Assembly: GCA_025340205.1 (NCBI GenBank)
Contig: CP006868.1
Location: 60,001 to 92,000 of the forward strand
From: Ignicoccus pacificus DSM 13166
GTDB lineage: Archaea; Thermoproteota; Thermoprotei_A; Sulfolobales; Ignicoccaceae
Length of the DNA: 32,000 nt
Reading direction: 5' to 3'
In this document: one piece after another, positions 30,957 to 32,000 of the stretch
Layout of the letters: each line of letters opens with the position of its first letter
Numbering within the stretch: the first letter of the stretch is position 1
The notes under the pieces: model-generated
Seen by the model: the letters and a program-made list of their open reading frames with translations, nothing else
Told to the model about the DNA's origin: nothing
The model's database searches: none
Position numbers and translations under genes: made by a program

Positions 30957-32000
30957 GTAGTCCGGGTATGGAAGGAGGAAATAATATGATGGAACAAATG
31001 ATGAAGATGCTGCAGAGCGGAAAGGTCGACTTAGACACCGCAATAAAGAACGCTATGAAGAACGTCGACGCAGTAATGATGCACTATCTAGAGAACTGCC
31101 TAAACTGTGGTGGCTGTGCTCCAGCGTGTCCGTTCTTTGCAGCAGGGCCAGAGTATAGTCCGGTGAACAAGGCCGAGGAGGTAAGAAAGATATACAGAAA
31201 GGAGATGACCATAGCCGGAAAGATACTGGGAAGACTCGTCGGAGCGGAGAAGCCGAAGCCCGAGGACATGGATAGACTAATGGAACTAGCTTATGCGTGC
31301 ACTAACTGTGGCCACTGCTACTACACTTGTATGGTTGGCATACACAGCGGAAAGGTCGTAGGACTACTGAAAAGCATACTGACCTCTGCTGGATATGTAC
31401 CAACCCTCTTGAACATGTTTGAAGCCGTGGAGCTTCATGGTATGTACAAACAAATACCCGGTATAATGAAGATATGGAACGACGCCCTCGAGGAGGCACA
31501 GAAGAAGTATGGTCCAATAGAGTTTGATAAGAGCTTCAAGGGTTCAACTGACAAGAAGCCCAAGGTATTGTTCCTAGCTTGGATAAGCGATGCGATGATG
31601 ATGAGGAACGGCTTCATAGCAACTATAGGGATATTGAACAAACTCAAGGAAGCTGGCCTAATAGACTGGACCACTTGGAAGGTACCAGAGGCGTTCAGAG
31701 CCCCCATAAGCGTCGTTATCGGAAGATCTGCTAATGCTAAGAAAGTGCTAGAGAGAGTGGTGAAGTACATCGAAGCGATATCGCCAGACTACGTCCTAAT
31801 GATGGATGGAGGATACCCGTATCCTGTATTCAGATTTGAGATGTATGGTGTGATAAAGAAGACTGTCGGCGGAAAGCCTAAGTGGAAGATAGTACACTTG
31901 GTGGAGTTCCTAGACGACTTAATGAAGGAGGGCAAGATAGGGTTCGAGCAAGCGGATGATCCGATAACTTGGCACGACCCATGCCAGCTCGGAAGACACT
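30953..32000 (+). CDS. isp2: HdrD/DsrK-like iron-sulfur protein, Isp2-type (3' end cut by window edge); absent from the ORF track because it has no stop in the window
   Basis: ATG overlaps the isp1 stop (ATGA). My translation is MSSPGMEGGNNMMEQMM... with two ferredoxin-type motifs, CLNCGGCAPACP and CTNCGHCYYTC. A CCG-domain-type segment (..WHDPCQLGRH) begins at the window end. Confidence 0.85.
   Translation, partial: MSSPGMEGGNNMMEQMMKMLQSGKVDLDTAIKNAMKNVDAVMMHYLENCLNCGGCAPACPFFAAGPEYSPVNKAEEVRKIYRKEMTIAGKILGRLVGAEKPKPEDMDRLMELAYACTNCGHCYYTCMVGIHSGKVVGLLKSILTSAGYVPTLLNMFEAVELHGMYKQIPGIMKIWNDALEEAQKKYGPIEFDKSFKGSTDKKPKVLFLAWISDAMMMRNGFIATIGILNKLKEAGLIDWTTWKVPEAFRAPISVVIGRSANAKKVLERVVKYIEAISPDYVLMMDGGYPYPVFRFEMYGVIKKTVGGKPKWKIVHLVEFLDDLMKEGKIGFEQADDPITWHDPCQLGRH

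Noticed and set aside
1-32000. CRISPR arrays, IS elements/MITEs, rRNA genes, toxin-antitoxin pairs, known defence genes
   Set aside because: Reading both strands, I found no regularly spaced direct repeats, no transposase-like ORFs or terminal inverted repeats, and no nuclease, helicase or methylase clusters. The window looks like core chromosome, not an accessory island.

Overview
Gene-dense, mostly housekeeping chromosomal segment. Gene content suggests a thermoacidophilic crenarchaeon of the order Sulfolobales, Metallosphaera-like; this is inference only. The supporting genes are an archaeal GHMP-type shikimate kinase, L21e, a GPN-loop GTPase, a XerA-type recombinase, a CTP-dependent riboflavin kinase and a Tat-exported [NiFe] hydrogenase with Isp1/Isp2 partners. 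GGTGA-like Shine-Dalgarno motifs sit inside operons, and A/T-rich TATA-like boxes lie about 25-30 nt before first genes. I can support 34 protein-coding genes, two of them cut by the window edges, and one tRNA, a probable initiator tRNA-Met. One CDS (5796..5960) is below the ORF-track size cutoff, and one (isp2, 30953..>32000) is missing from the track because it is open-ended. I saw no CRISPR array, rRNA, IS element or recognisable defence island. Seven points deserve a second look. (1) A T4 Rnl1-family RNA ligase sits in an overlapping three-gene cassette with a small Cys-rich protein and an NDH-II-like flavoprotein. (2) The xerA-like recombinase ORF has no stop after its catalytic domain. 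It runs about 290 further codons antisense through two small membrane-protein genes and a promoter region, then out of frame into the riboflavin kinase gene. (3) The hydrogenase small subunit has CTGD instead of the canonical CTGC proximal-cluster motif, plus extra cysteines. (4) Two diverged, inverted copies of an SQR-like flavoprotein + DUF1641 pair are present, one preceded by nested palindromes. (5) Two tandem paralogous mini membrane proteins are divergent from an RbkR-like gene that has a shortened HTH region. (6) Catalytic motifs deviate in the SDR (YxxxK to SxxxR) and in GluRS (HIGH to TLGN). (7) tRNA/RNA-modification and RNA-ligase genes are locally concentrated. Every functional call rests on motif recognition by eye. 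No database search was run.
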